This document shows positions 1 to 9,236 of a stretch of DNA of 64,000 nucleotides, piece after piece; within the stretch, counting starts at the first letter, position 1; every line of letters begins with the position of its first letter. Position numbers and translations under genes: made by a program. Source of the stretch: a virus. The notes under the pieces are model-generated. The model had not been told where the DNA came from. It saw nothing but the letters and a program-made list of their open reading frames with translations, and did no database searches. Location: positions 1 to 64,000 of IMG/VR virus record IMGVR_UViG_3300040811_000439. The stretch is one strand, 5' to 3'.

Positions 1-537
1 GCAACCACAGCTACAAACGTTACAGCAACAGCAAACAATGCTACTAACGAAACTGTATACGTTACATTTGTTGACGGTACAACTGGTGCACAAGGTATTG
101 AGACTGATACTAGCTTGACTTATAATCCAAGCACAAATACACTTACAACAAGTATTTTCTCAGGTACTGCAACTAATGCACAATACGCTGACTTGGCAGA
201 ACGTTATCTACCAGATGCAGAATATCCATTCGGTACAGTAATGACAGTTGGTGGCGGAGCAGAAGTAACATATTGTACACAAGACAGCATACCTGTAGGC
301 GTGATAAGTACTGCACCAGCCTATCTAATGAATAGCGATTTAGAAAACGGTGTTGCTGTCGCACTAGTTGGTCGTGTCCCAGTTCGTGTAGTAGGTTCAG
401 TTGTAAAGGGTCAAGCGGTTTATGCGGATCACGACGGAGTCGCTAGTGCGACAGCAGAAGGCGAGCGTGTTGGTATTGCTCTTGAAACAAATGACGACAC
501 AGGTGAAAAACTTGTTGAATGTGTACTAAAGGTATAA
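1..537 (+). CDS. Tail fibre/virion protein, C-terminal part (5' truncated), with C-terminal intramolecular-chaperone (peptidase G2-like) domain
   Basis: Frame is open from base 1; Thr-rich; C-terminal AQYADLAE...GTV...GVIS..PAYLMN...GRVPVRV domain is also present in 1258..2718. Confidence 0.75.
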   Translation, partial: ATTATNVTATANNATNETVYVTFVDGTTGAQGIETDTSLTYNPSTNTLTTSIFSGTATNAQYADLAERYLPDAEYPFGTVMTVGGGAEVTYCTQDSIPVGVISTAPAYLMNSDLENGVAVALVGRVPVRVVGSVVKGQAVYADHDGVASATAEGERVGIALETNDDTGEKLVECVLKV

Positions 538-544
538 TATAATA

Positions 545-1204
545 ATGAATGAAGAGAAAGATATGGACAACAAAATAGAAGAGCCTGAAACACCCTTCAA
601 GGAAAAGGGCGGTGTTCATATGGAAGGACACATTCGCATCTTTGACCCAGACAGCGGTGAAGAATATGTAAACAAACGTAATGCTATTCACTATGAAAAC
701 ATGAGTGAAGCATTAGCACTAAGTTTGAGTAATAAGACCACAGGTTTTATTCACGAAATGGCATTTGGTAATGGCGGCACAAACGTTGACCCAACGGGTG
801 TTATTACCTATTTGCCAGCTAACAGCTCAGGACAAAATGCTAGTTTGTACAACCAAACATACTATAAGGTTGTAGACGATAACAGTAGTTTGAACACTGA
901 TGCAGGCAGAAACAAGCTGAGTGTTAACCATATTAGTGGTAACATCTACAGTGATATTGTTGTAAGTTGTTTGCTAGATTACGGCGAACCAAGCGGACAG
1001 CAAGCATTTGACAATACCAGCAACTTCAATGACACATATACATTTGATGAGTTGGGACTGAAAAGCTGGATCGGCACAGTTAATACAGGTAGATTGCTAA
1101 CACATGTTATCTTCCACCCTGTACAGAAGAGCTTAAACCGACTAATTCAGATAGATTATACGATTAGAATTCAAACTTTGACTAATCTAAGTAGTATCAG
1201 TTAA
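545..1204 (+). CDS. Virion structural protein (baseplate/tail-associated, putative)
   Basis: 219 aa between fibre genes; FDELGL...LLTHVIFHPVQKS..RLIQIDYTIRI resembles phage tail/baseplate proteins. Confidence 0.55.
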   Translation: MNEEKDMDNKIEEPETPFKEKGGVHMEGHIRIFDPDSGEEYVNKRNAIHYENMSEALALSLSNKTTGFIHEMAFGNGGTNVDPTGVITYLPANSSGQNASLYNQTYYKVVDDNSSLNTDAGRNKLSVNHISGNIYSDIVVSCLLDYGEPSGQQAFDNTSNFNDTYTFDELGLKSWIGTVNTGRLLTHVIFHPVQKSLNRLIQIDYTIRIQTLTNLSSIS

Positions 1205-1224
1205 CAGCATATATTATTATAACT

Positions 1225-1232
1225 GATAAATA
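1225..1232 (+). promoter_or_regulatory. T4-like late promoter motif (GATAAATA)
   Basis: In an AT-rich intergenic gap upstream of GGAG and ATG 1258; the same motif recurs upstream of other genes. Confidence 0.5.
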
Positions 1233-1257
1233 AAATAAAGTTTGTGGAGACAAATAA

Positions 1258-2718
1258 ATGGCCTATACAATTAACAAAACAAACGGTGCGGTCCTCAGTA
1301 CTATTTCAGATGGTACAGTAGATACAACTACAGACCTTACACTAATTGGTAAGAACTACGCTGGTTATGGCGAGTTCCAAAACGAAAACTTTGTAAAGTT
1401 ACTTGAAAACTTTGCAAACAGTTCTGCCCCAAGTACACCTCTAGCAGGTCAAATGTGGTGGGATACATCAAATAGCCTATTAAAGGTTTATACTGGTACA
1501 TCATTTAAGACTGTTAGCTCAAGTACAGCAAGTGCAAGTAGCCCAAGCGGTTCAGTTACAGGTGACCTTTGGTGGGATACAACCAACGGACAGTTGAAAG
1601 TTTACAACGGTAGTTCATTTACTACAATTGGTCCTGCGTTCACAAGCGGCACTGGTACATCAGGTGCTATTGTTGAAACTGTCACAGACAGTGGCGCAAC
1701 AGATCACGTTGTTGTTAAACTTTATGTCAATAACACTGTAGTTGGTACAATTTCAAAAGACGCACAGTTTACTCCACAGGCTGCAATCTCAGGTTTTGCT
1801 ACTATTGATCCAGGTTTCCAAGTTAGTTCAACAGTAAGTGGCGCTAAGTTCCATGGTACTTCAACTGACTCAGATGCGCTTGGTGGCGTAACAGCAGCTA
1901 ACTACTTACGCAGTAATGCTAGTGATAGCACAAGCGGTGTTCTCAGCATCCTCAACGACACAGGCCTAGTTGTTGGTGTTGACAGTGACCTTACAGTAGG
2001 TGTAAGCGGCAGCAACGTACAGATTAAGAACGTATCAAGCGACGGCGACATTATCTTTAACGTAAATGACGGCGGTGTTGATACAACTGCACTAACTATT
2101 GATGGCGCAACCTCAAGAGTTTCAGTAGCAGGCGCTCCTGTAGCATCTCTTGATGTTGCAACAAAAGCATATGTTGACTCAACAGTTAGTGGTGCTGGCG
2201 CCCTAGCAGCAGATGGTAGTGTTGCAATGGCTGGTGATTTTGAACCAGATGCTAATAACACACGCAGCATGGGTACTAGCCTACTACGTTATGCAACAAT
2301 TTTTGCAACAACATTTAACGGTACTAGTACCGCAGCACAATACGCTGACGTTGCAGAAAACTTCTCAGCAGACGCACAGTATGCACCAGGCACAGTTGTT
2401 GCACTAGGTGGTGCTGAAGAAATTACTCGTGTAAACGAAGAAGCAAGTGAGCAAGTATTCGGTGTTATTTCTGAGAAGCCAGCTTACCTAATGAACGCTG
2501 CACTTGAAAACGGTTTACCAGTTGCTGTAACCGGTCGTGTACCAGTTAGAGTGCTAGGAATGGTAAATAAAGGTGAGAGACTTGTTAGCGCCGGCAACGG
2601 TCTTGCAAGAGCAGCACAAGCAGGCGAAGCAACTAGCTTTAACGTAATTGGCCGTGCTATCGAATCCAAAACAACCGAAGGCGAAGGTACAGTTGAAGCC
2701 TTTGTAACAATTAACTAA
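1258..2718 (+). CDS. Tail fibre / baseplate wedge-like virion protein with C-terminal chaperone domain
   Basis: MAYTINKTNG...LIGKNYAGYGE..NENFVKLLENFA N-terminus, repeated G(Q/D)(M/L)WWDT...LKVY motifs, ATKAYVD, C-terminal AQYADVAE domain. Confidence 0.75.
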   Translation: MAYTINKTNGAVLSTISDGTVDTTTDLTLIGKNYAGYGEFQNENFVKLLENFANSSAPSTPLAGQMWWDTSNSLLKVYTGTSFKTVSSSTASASSPSGSVTGDLWWDTTNGQLKVYNGSSFTTIGPAFTSGTGTSGAIVETVTDSGATDHVVVKLYVNNTVVGTISKDAQFTPQAAISGFATIDPGFQVSSTVSGAKFHGTSTDSDALGGVTAANYLRSNASDSTSGVLSILNDTGLVVGVDSDLTVGVSGSNVQIKNVSSDGDIIFNVNDGGVDTTALTIDGATSRVSVAGAPVASLDVATKAYVDSTVSGAGALAADGSVAMAGDFEPDANNTRSMGTSLLRYATIFATTFNGTSTAAQYADVAENFSADAQYAPGTVVALGGAEEITRVNEEASEQVFGVISEKPAYLMNAALENGLPVAVTGRVPVRVLGMVNKGERLVSAGNGLARAAQAGEATSFNVIGRAIESKTTEGEGTVEAFVTIN

Positions 2719-2733
2719 TAGGAACGGAAAAAA

Positions 2734-3675
2734 ATGGCTTATACTAGCGGTGATACAATTGAGGCCACCCACTATAATGGCTTTGTAGCAAGTGTTAACG
2801 CACTTTGGGGCACAGGAACAAGTAATAGGGGCATTGGACAGACTACTACTATTAGTACAGTCAGTGCAACAAATACTATTACTGCAACACAGTGGAGTAC
2901 ACTACTAGATAGAATTCGTTCAATCAGTGATCATTACGGTCAGGACGCTAGCATTACAGTTGATACAGTAACTAACCCAAGTGCAGGTGATACAATTAGT
3001 GCACTCGCAACACTAGCAACTGATATTGGCACTATTGATAGTGCACAAATTGCTGTAGCAAGTGTAGCAGCAGGTTATCAAACAGCAGTTACAGATACAG
3101 CAGTAGTAAGCGGAACATTTACAACCACAATCACACAAACCGATACACTTACATTTGCTAGTGCTAATGCAATGCGTTACTTCTTTAACGCAGGCGGTCG
3201 TGTAAATGTAGATTGGACAATTAGTGGCGGTACTTCCGACGCCAAGTACGATGAGTGGGCAGATCTAGTTACTCAGTGTGGTAGCTATTACATTTACAAT
3301 ACTACCGGTGGTAAGAGTGGTGGTAGTGGTACTCCAACAACTAACCTAACAACCACAGGTTTCTGGGACTTGGGTACAGGTACCACAACAATGTTTAAGC
3401 AGGTTGCAGATACTGCACCATACACAGCTAACTATATTCAGCTAGATGCTTCATTGAATGCCGCAGCAGGTAGTTCAACTGTAATGACACTAACCAGCAC
3501 TTGGCAGGATGATGAAACAGACCAAACATCATATAACAAGAACATTTATAACGTACTTGACCAAGTAGATGGTACCAAGACAACAACATTTAGTTACGAA
3601 GCACCAGCTACTACATACATTAGTGCAACCTGGGGCACACCCGGCTGGGCAACAACAGTTAACACAGAATCTTAA
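2734..3675 (+). CDS. Thr/Ser-rich virion structural protein
   Basis: MAYTSGDTI start, RYFFNAGG motif, Thr/Gly-rich, follows the fibre gene. Confidence 0.6.
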   Translation: MAYTSGDTIEATHYNGFVASVNALWGTGTSNRGIGQTTTISTVSATNTITATQWSTLLDRIRSISDHYGQDASITVDTVTNPSAGDTISALATLATDIGTIDSAQIAVASVAAGYQTAVTDTAVVSGTFTTTITQTDTLTFASANAMRYFFNAGGRVNVDWTISGGTSDAKYDEWADLVTQCGSYYIYNTTGGKSGGSGTPTTNLTTTGFWDLGTGTTTMFKQVADTAPYTANYIQLDASLNAAAGSSTVMTLTSTWQDDETDQTSYNKNIYNVLDQVDGTKTTTFSYEAPATTYISATWGTPGWATTVNTES

Positions 3676-3681
3676 TAGTAA

Positions 3682-3710
3682 TTGACAGGGCTATATAGCC
3701 CTGTTATACT
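3682..3710 (+). promoter_or_regulatory. Sigma70-type promoter TTGACA-N17-TATACT whose spacer is a perfect 20-bp palindrome
   Basis: TTGACA 3682-3687, TATACT 3705-3710; ACAGGGCTATATAGCCCTGT 3685-3704. Confidence 0.65.
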
Positions 3711-3717
3711 ATCTTAC

Positions 3718-4044
3718 ATGACAATAGAAACATTCGAACAATTCGCACGCCAGCGTCTTGACCACAATCGTCAACGCTTGGCTCTTAAAGAACAACAGGA
3801 ACAACGTCTAACTATCACATACGATGGTGGGCAGTTTAGAGTTACAGTAGAACTAATGGCACTACTAGCGACATGGCCTGCAGATGAACTGCTATATCTC
3901 GTAGACGACTATGATAATCCAGTAAAGGTTGCGGACGCTTGTGACATGCTAATACACTGTAGACAACGCTGGTACGAAGTAATGAATGATTGGCACAATC
4001 AGCATGCTGAATTAAAAAAGGTTAGACGTGTAGAACAACTATGA
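3718..4044 (+). CDS. Hypothetical protein (possible tail assembly chaperone)
   Basis: ATG 3718 lies just after the promoter; the TTG start at 3682 is the -35 box. Confidence 0.55.
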   Translation: MTIETFEQFARQRLDHNRQRLALKEQQEQRLTITYDGGQFRVTVELMALLATWPADELLYLVDDYDNPVKVADACDMLIHCRQRWYEVMNDWHNQHAELKKVRRVEQL

Positions 4045-4826
4045 GCCAGGGTGCACTACTACTTGCTACACCACATGAAACCATAGACTACATAGGTTTT
4101 GCTAAACTAGCTGCCAAACTTGTAGAAAAACATCTAGACATAGAAACACATATACATGTAGGTGAAGCACGGCCCGGTAATACTAGAGCATTCCGCTGGC
4201 ACAACAATGAAACTGTTACAGTGCCATGGTATAACAGTGATAGAACACTAGCATATGATCTAAGCCCTTATGATGAAACACTGCTTATAGACGTAGACTA
4301 CCTTACGTTTAATGACAATCTTAAGCAATACTTTGGTAGTGCAAATGAGTTTTTATGTTATGATCGTGTATGGGATGTTACCTCCACAAATAGTTTCCGT
4401 AACGATCAAAGGATGACCAGGGCCGGCCATCCAATGTTATGGGCTACGGTCGTTTACTTTCGCAAGTGCGACCTAGCCCATAATATATTTGAAATGATGA
4501 AGAACGTACAAGCCAACTGGCGTTATTATGCAAAGTTTTGGGGATTTGTAGCAGGCAAATATCGCAATGACTTTAGTCTAACAATTGCACATCAGCTTAT
4601 GAATGGCTATGCTAGTGGTACTTACTTTAATCATCCACTGGGTAGTTTGAGTACAATGGACACTATCTATTCTGCTAACGGAGATGAACTACGCATACGC
4701 TATCAAGACGGTGACAAGTATAATGCTGTTAAACTTAAAGGTGTAAACCTACACTGTATGAACAAAGCCTGCTTACAGGATCCAGAAATATATGGAGCAC
4801 TAGATGCGTATGCAACCCAAGGATGA
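4041..4826 (+). CDS. GT-A fold glycosyltransferase-like protein
   Basis: LSPYDETLLIDVD (DxD), WATVVYF, RNDFSL motifs. Confidence 0.65.
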   Translation: MSQGALLLATPHETIDYIGFAKLAAKLVEKHLDIETHIHVGEARPGNTRAFRWHNNETVTVPWYNSDRTLAYDLSPYDETLLIDVDYLTFNDNLKQYFGSANEFLCYDRVWDVTSTNSFRNDQRMTRAGHPMLWATVVYFRKCDLAHNIFEMMKNVQANWRYYAKFWGFVAGKYRNDFSLTIAHQLMNGYASGTYFNHPLGSLSTMDTIYSANGDELRIRYQDGDKYNAVKLKGVNLHCMNKACLQDPEIYGALDAYATQG

Positions 4827-5652
4827 GCCACAGGGTTGGCTAACATTTGCACAGAATAGTGAGACAACAAACTATGTTGATCTCGCTTACTTACTTGCTC
4901 TTAGTGTAAAGGCAACTTGTAAGCACAATAGATTTGCTGTAGTGGTTGATGCTGAATCTGAGGCAACTATTACAGAACAGCAACGTAAAACCTTTGATCA
5001 TATTATTACAGTACCACGCACAGAACCTTTTTACAACGAAGCATGGGTTATGAATGTTACACCCTTTAAGGAAACATTCAAAGTAGAAAGCGACATGCTG
5101 ATTCCTCGCAGTTTGGACCACTGGTGGAATGGTTGCAGATTACAAGATGTGTGCTATACTAATAAGGTAAGAGATTATCAGGGCAATGTTGCCCAAACAC
5201 GCTACTATAGGAAGTTTTTTGATGCCAATTCCCTTGATGATGCTTATAATGGGTTTTCATATTTTAGGTATAGTAGGACTAGTGTGGACTTCTGTAGAGC
5301 TATTGAGCAGGCGATACACCATTGGGCTGAGTTGCGTGACAGTGTTCTTGAGTATAGCATCTATGACAAACCTGATACTGATGTTTTATATGGATTGGCC
5401 CAGTCAAATCTTGGAATACCTTGCTCAAACAAATTAAGTTATCCTACTTTTACGCATATGAAGCCAGCAATTAATAATTGGAAGAACAGTATGCGCTGGC
5501 AGGATGCGGTACCGTGGACACTAACAGATGATTTTGATCTAATTGTAGGTGGATATGTACAACACTATCCATTCCATTATTTTGACAAAACATTTTGTAC
5601 ACCTGAATTGATTGATAGATATGAACACAGAGTTAGAACGAGCACTAGTTAA
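4804..5652 (+). CDS. GT-A fold glycosyltransferase-like protein (paralog of upstream gene)
   Basis: AYLLALSVK, TPFKETFKVESD (ExD), FTHMKP motifs. Confidence 0.6.
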   Translation: MRMQPKDEPQGWLTFAQNSETTNYVDLAYLLALSVKATCKHNRFAVVVDAESEATITEQQRKTFDHIITVPRTEPFYNEAWVMNVTPFKETFKVESDMLIPRSLDHWWNGCRLQDVCYTNKVRDYQGNVAQTRYYRKFFDANSLDDAYNGFSYFRYSRTSVDFCRAIEQAIHHWAELRDSVLEYSIYDKPDTDVLYGLAQSNLGIPCSNKLSYPTFTHMKPAINNWKNSMRWQDAVPWTLTDDFDLIVGGYVQHYPFHYFDKTFCTPELIDRYEHRVRTSTS

Positions 5653-5950
5653 CCATACAAGTAGATTTACTAATACTCGTAAAAAAATTGAAATTGAAAG
5701 ACGTTTACGTTATAATAATGACACAGGTAAAATAATTGATTGGTGTCACGTAGATAAAACACATGTATGGGACGAACCCTACATTATTATACAAGATGAT
5801 ACACATGTCTATCCTATAAGACAACGTGTACGTGAAGGTAAACTCGTAGATATTGATACAGCAGTACATGTATATTGGCAAGCAACACCAGCAGAAACAA
5901 TTAGTAACAACCCTTATTTTTGTAAAAGAGAACTAGAATGGAAGCAGTAA
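5621..5950 (+). CDS. Hypothetical protein
   Basis: Coupled ORF within the operon. Confidence 0.5.
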   Translation: MNTELERALVNHTSRFTNTRKKIEIERRLRYNNDTGKIIDWCHVDKTHVWDEPYIIIQDDTHVYPIRQRVREGKLVDIDTAVHVYWQATPAETISNNPYFCKRELEWKQ

Positions 5951-6744
5951 GCGACGTGCCACTAGCACAACGAGATCAAGCATGGACTACTATTAGACCA
6001 TTTGGTCCTAGTATTATTCGAGGACGAATGACTGAAGAACTACAGCAGGTTCTTTGTGGTCTTTTTGAACAGCAGGGTGCAAAGAATGAACTGACACCTG
6101 AAGAAGATAATGCTTGGACACTAGCAGGAAATCTGCACAGAGAGTTTTTAATTACACAAGAACTGCTAGGTGAAAACGCACAACTTTTCCAAGATTGTAT
6201 TAACAAAGGTGCTAGCCAAATATACCTAGCACACATCAATGTTACATGGGAAAGTCAACAGGGTGTGGTTACGCCCAAGCATAAAGAGATTATAGAAGAG
6301 CATTTTAATAATGTAAACCTAACAGTGGGTATTCATACTGCCTGGGGGAATATTAGTGTGGCAGGCGACTTTAACCCTGCACATCAGCACACAGGAGAAG
6401 TAAGTGGCGTTGGCTATCTAAAACTACCTGATGATATTGAGCGTGAATGGTTGTTAGAAGATCATGACCCAAGTGCAGGTATGATTAACTTCTGGGACGG
6501 TAGACCTAACGCTGGCGCAGTACACATGTATCGTGTTAAGCCTGTTGTAGGAGATATTTTCTTTTTCCCTGCATGGTTACCTCATAGTGTACACCCATTC
6601 CGCAGCAAAGGTGAACGTTGGAGTTTTAGTTTTAACCTAAGCATTAATAACATGAATGAAGATGTAAACCTTACAGATTTTGAAAAAGCAGAGTTGCGTA
6701 CAGAGCGCAAACGTTTATTAAAGGAGTTTGATAATGCAAAATGA
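5938..6744 (+). CDS. 2OG-Fe(II) oxygenase family protein
   Basis: FNPAHQH...SGVGYL...FFPAWLPHSVHP...RWSFSFN facial-triad pattern. Confidence 0.75.
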   Translation: MEAVSDVPLAQRDQAWTTIRPFGPSIIRGRMTEELQQVLCGLFEQQGAKNELTPEEDNAWTLAGNLHREFLITQELLGENAQLFQDCINKGASQIYLAHINVTWESQQGVVTPKHKEIIEEHFNNVNLTVGIHTAWGNISVAGDFNPAHQHTGEVSGVGYLKLPDDIEREWLLEDHDPSAGMINFWDGRPNAGAVHMYRVKPVVGDIFFFPAWLPHSVHPFRSKGERWSFSFNLSINNMNEDVNLTDFEKAELRTERKRLLKEFDNAK

Positions 6745-6964
6745 AGTATTTGTTCCTCTGCCCCATAGTGTAGAAAAGGGCGAGCAAATTCTTGACAGTC
6801 AGTTTAAGGACAATCAAGAACTATTTACAGAGCTAAAACAGTTTTGTGAACAGTCATTTAGTTCTACTTACGAACTAGACCGCACAGTATATGCACGTGG
6901 TATTCGTGTTATAACAGACAGTCACGAAGATGTAGCAAGGTTGCATGAGTGGCTGGACAACTAG
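6734..6964 (+). CDS. Small hypothetical protein
   Basis: AAGGAG upstream of ATG 6734; coupled to its neighbours. Confidence 0.5.
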   Translation: MQNEVFVPLPHSVEKGEQILDSQFKDNQELFTELKQFCEQSFSSTYELDRTVYARGIRVITDSHEDVARLHEWLDN

Positions 6965-7875
6965 TAGACATAGCTGACTTAGACTGCATCTATCTAAGCT
7001 ACGACGAACCACAGAAAGAAGAGTTTTGGGTACAGATACAAAACATTGTACCTTGGGCTAAACGTGTGGATGGTGTAGAAGGTAGTGATGCAGCACACAA
7101 GGCAGCCGCCGCGGCGAGTGATACAGAACGTTTTGTCCTTATAGACGGTGATAATATCCCGGATAGTAACTTCTTCGACTTACAACTTGATATCAAAGAA
7201 GAATATAGTGATTGCGTTTTTCGTTGGAAAGCTCGTAACGCTGTTAACGGACTTATGTATGGTAACGGCGGACTTAGTTGCTGGACACGTGAGTTTGTAA
7301 ATAATATGCAAACACACGAAGCAACAGATGGTAGTCACGAAACCGTAGTAGAGTTTTGCTACGACAGCAAGTACATTCCAATGAACAACGTGTATAGTAC
7401 TACCTATCCTAATGGTGATGCTAAACATGCTTGGCGTGCAGGGTTTAGAGAAGGTGTAAAGATGTGTTTGATCAAAGGACGCAAGCCTACACTGGAAGAA
7501 TTCAAACAGCAGGTACATGCAAAAAACTTTGACAAGCTCTGCATCTGGCAAAGTGTAGGGCAGGACACCGACTATGGTTACGAAGCCATGTATGGTGCAC
7601 GTTATGGTACATACAAGCTCATGCTGACAGACTGGGACTGGCATGAAGTAAGAGACTTTGCAGCCCTTGATCAGATTTGGGAAGAAGAACAATCTTGTTT
7701 GGATACTAACTTTAAAGAGTACGGTGTGCAACTTAGACGTAAACTAGAACTTCCTATTGTGGATTATACAGCAGAAGAGAGTAAGTTTTTTAAACACTAC
7801 TACAGTCAAACATATCATGCATACGATCCTATGACTACAGAACTAGAAGTTATTAGAAAGGTCGAGGGCTGGTGA
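6949..7875 (+). CDS. Glycosyltransferase-like protein (GT-A)
   Basis: YLSYDEP...KRVDGVEG..AHKAAA...IDGD (DxD); N..NGL.YG and AWRAGFRE.VK shared with 18238..19479. Confidence 0.6.
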   Translation: MAGQLVDIADLDCIYLSYDEPQKEEFWVQIQNIVPWAKRVDGVEGSDAAHKAAAAASDTERFVLIDGDNIPDSNFFDLQLDIKEEYSDCVFRWKARNAVNGLMYGNGGLSCWTREFVNNMQTHEATDGSHETVVEFCYDSKYIPMNNVYSTTYPNGDAKHAWRAGFREGVKMCLIKGRKPTLEEFKQQVHAKNFDKLCIWQSVGQDTDYGYEAMYGARYGTYKLMLTDWDWHEVRDFAALDQIWEEEQSCLDTNFKEYGVQLRRKLELPIVDYTAEESKFFKHYYSQTYHAYDPMTTELEVIRKVEGW

Positions 7876-9236
7876 GTGACTACCTTAGTAATGCAGAACT
7901 AGCAAAAGCACGTATGGCAAGTGTCAGCGGCAGTTTCTGTTTGGCTAAATGGAAGCAAGTAAGCCTACACCTAACTACTGGGCATACCAATAGTTGCTAC
8001 CATCCCCCATTGCACCGCATACCCGTAGAGCCACTAGCAAGTAATCCAAGCGCACTACACAATACAGTACACAAGAAAGAACGCCGTGCCGAAATGATGG
8101 CAGGTGTAAAGTGTAGTGAATGTAACTACTGTTGGAATATTGAGAAAAACGGTGACCTCAGTGATCGTCATTATCGCAGCGGTGAGCCTTGGGCTATGGA
8201 AGCATTTGAAGACATTGTAGCAACCCCACAAGCAGATGTTAATCCCAGTTACGTAGAAGTAAATTTTAATCACAGTTGCAATCTAAAGTGTAGTTATTGT
8301 AGTCCACAGTTTAGCAGTACCTGGGAGCGTGAAGCAGAGAAGTTTGGTGCTTATCCTACAAGCACTCCTCATAATGATCCAGCTCATTTCAAAGGTGAAC
8401 GTAAACCTATTCCTAATAGGGATGCTAATCCATATCGTGAAGCATTCTGGCGTTGGTGGCCAGACCTATACAAGGACCTTAAGCATTTTCGTATGACAGG
8501 TGGCGAACCTACCATGGATCCAAACACCTACCGTGTGTTTGATTATGTACTTGAAAATCCAAAGCCTGATCTTCACTTAAACGTAACTAGTAACTTTAGT
8601 GTGGACGAACGTATCTTTACTCGCTACATGGATTATGTTAAACGACTATGTACCGGCGAACAAATAGAACACTTCATGCAGTTTGTTAGTTTGGATACTT
8701 GGGGTGCGCAAGCAGAATACATTAGGCATGGACTTGACTTTGAACTTTGTAAGTCACGCATTGAACAGTTTATAAAAGAGGTTCCTGAGCGTTCCAGTCT
8801 TACCTTGATAATTACAATGAATAATTTAAGTATTATTAGTCTGCAGAAACTGCTAGAGTATATTTTATACCTTCGCAAGACTTATACCAAAAGTTATCAG
8901 CGTATTTGGTTTGATACTCCATTACTGTATACTCCTGAATGGCAAAGTATGCAGATATTGACTCCGGCATATCAGTTATATCTTAAAGACTGTATAAAAT
9001 TTATGGAATCAAATTTAGATGAGATGCACGGATTTAAGGACTACGAAGTACTAAAGATGAGACGTGATCTAGCATGGATGCAAGGTGTGGATAATGTAAG
9101 TGACATTGATACACGCAGAGCAGACTTTTATAGATTTTTTAGTGAACATGATCGCAGACGCGGTACGAACTTTTTAGAAACATTTCCTGAGATGAGAGAA
9201 TTTTGGAATGAATGTCGGTATATAGCAAATGGATGA
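7872..9236 (+). CDS. Radical SAM protein with N-terminal Twitch/SPASM-like Cys cluster (1 of 5)
   Basis: CNLKCSYC, TGGEPT; N-terminal FCLAKW..SCYHP..CSECNYC. Confidence 0.9.
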   Translation: MSDYLSNAELAKARMASVSGSFCLAKWKQVSLHLTTGHTNSCYHPPLHRIPVEPLASNPSALHNTVHKKERRAEMMAGVKCSECNYCWNIEKNGDLSDRHYRSGEPWAMEAFEDIVATPQADVNPSYVEVNFNHSCNLKCSYCSPQFSSTWEREAEKFGAYPTSTPHNDPAHFKGERKPIPNRDANPYREAFWRWWPDLYKDLKHFRMTGGEPTMDPNTYRVFDYVLENPKPDLHLNVTSNFSVDERIFTRYMDYVKRLCTGEQIEHFMQFVSLDTWGAQAEYIRHGLDFELCKSRIEQFIKEVPERSSLTLIITMNNLSIISLQKLLEYILYLRKTYTKSYQRIWFDTPLLYTPEWQSMQILTPAYQLYLKDCIKFMESNLDEMHGFKDYEVLKMRRDLAWMQGVDNVSDIDTRRADFYRFFSEHDRRRGTNFLETFPEMREFWNECRYIANG

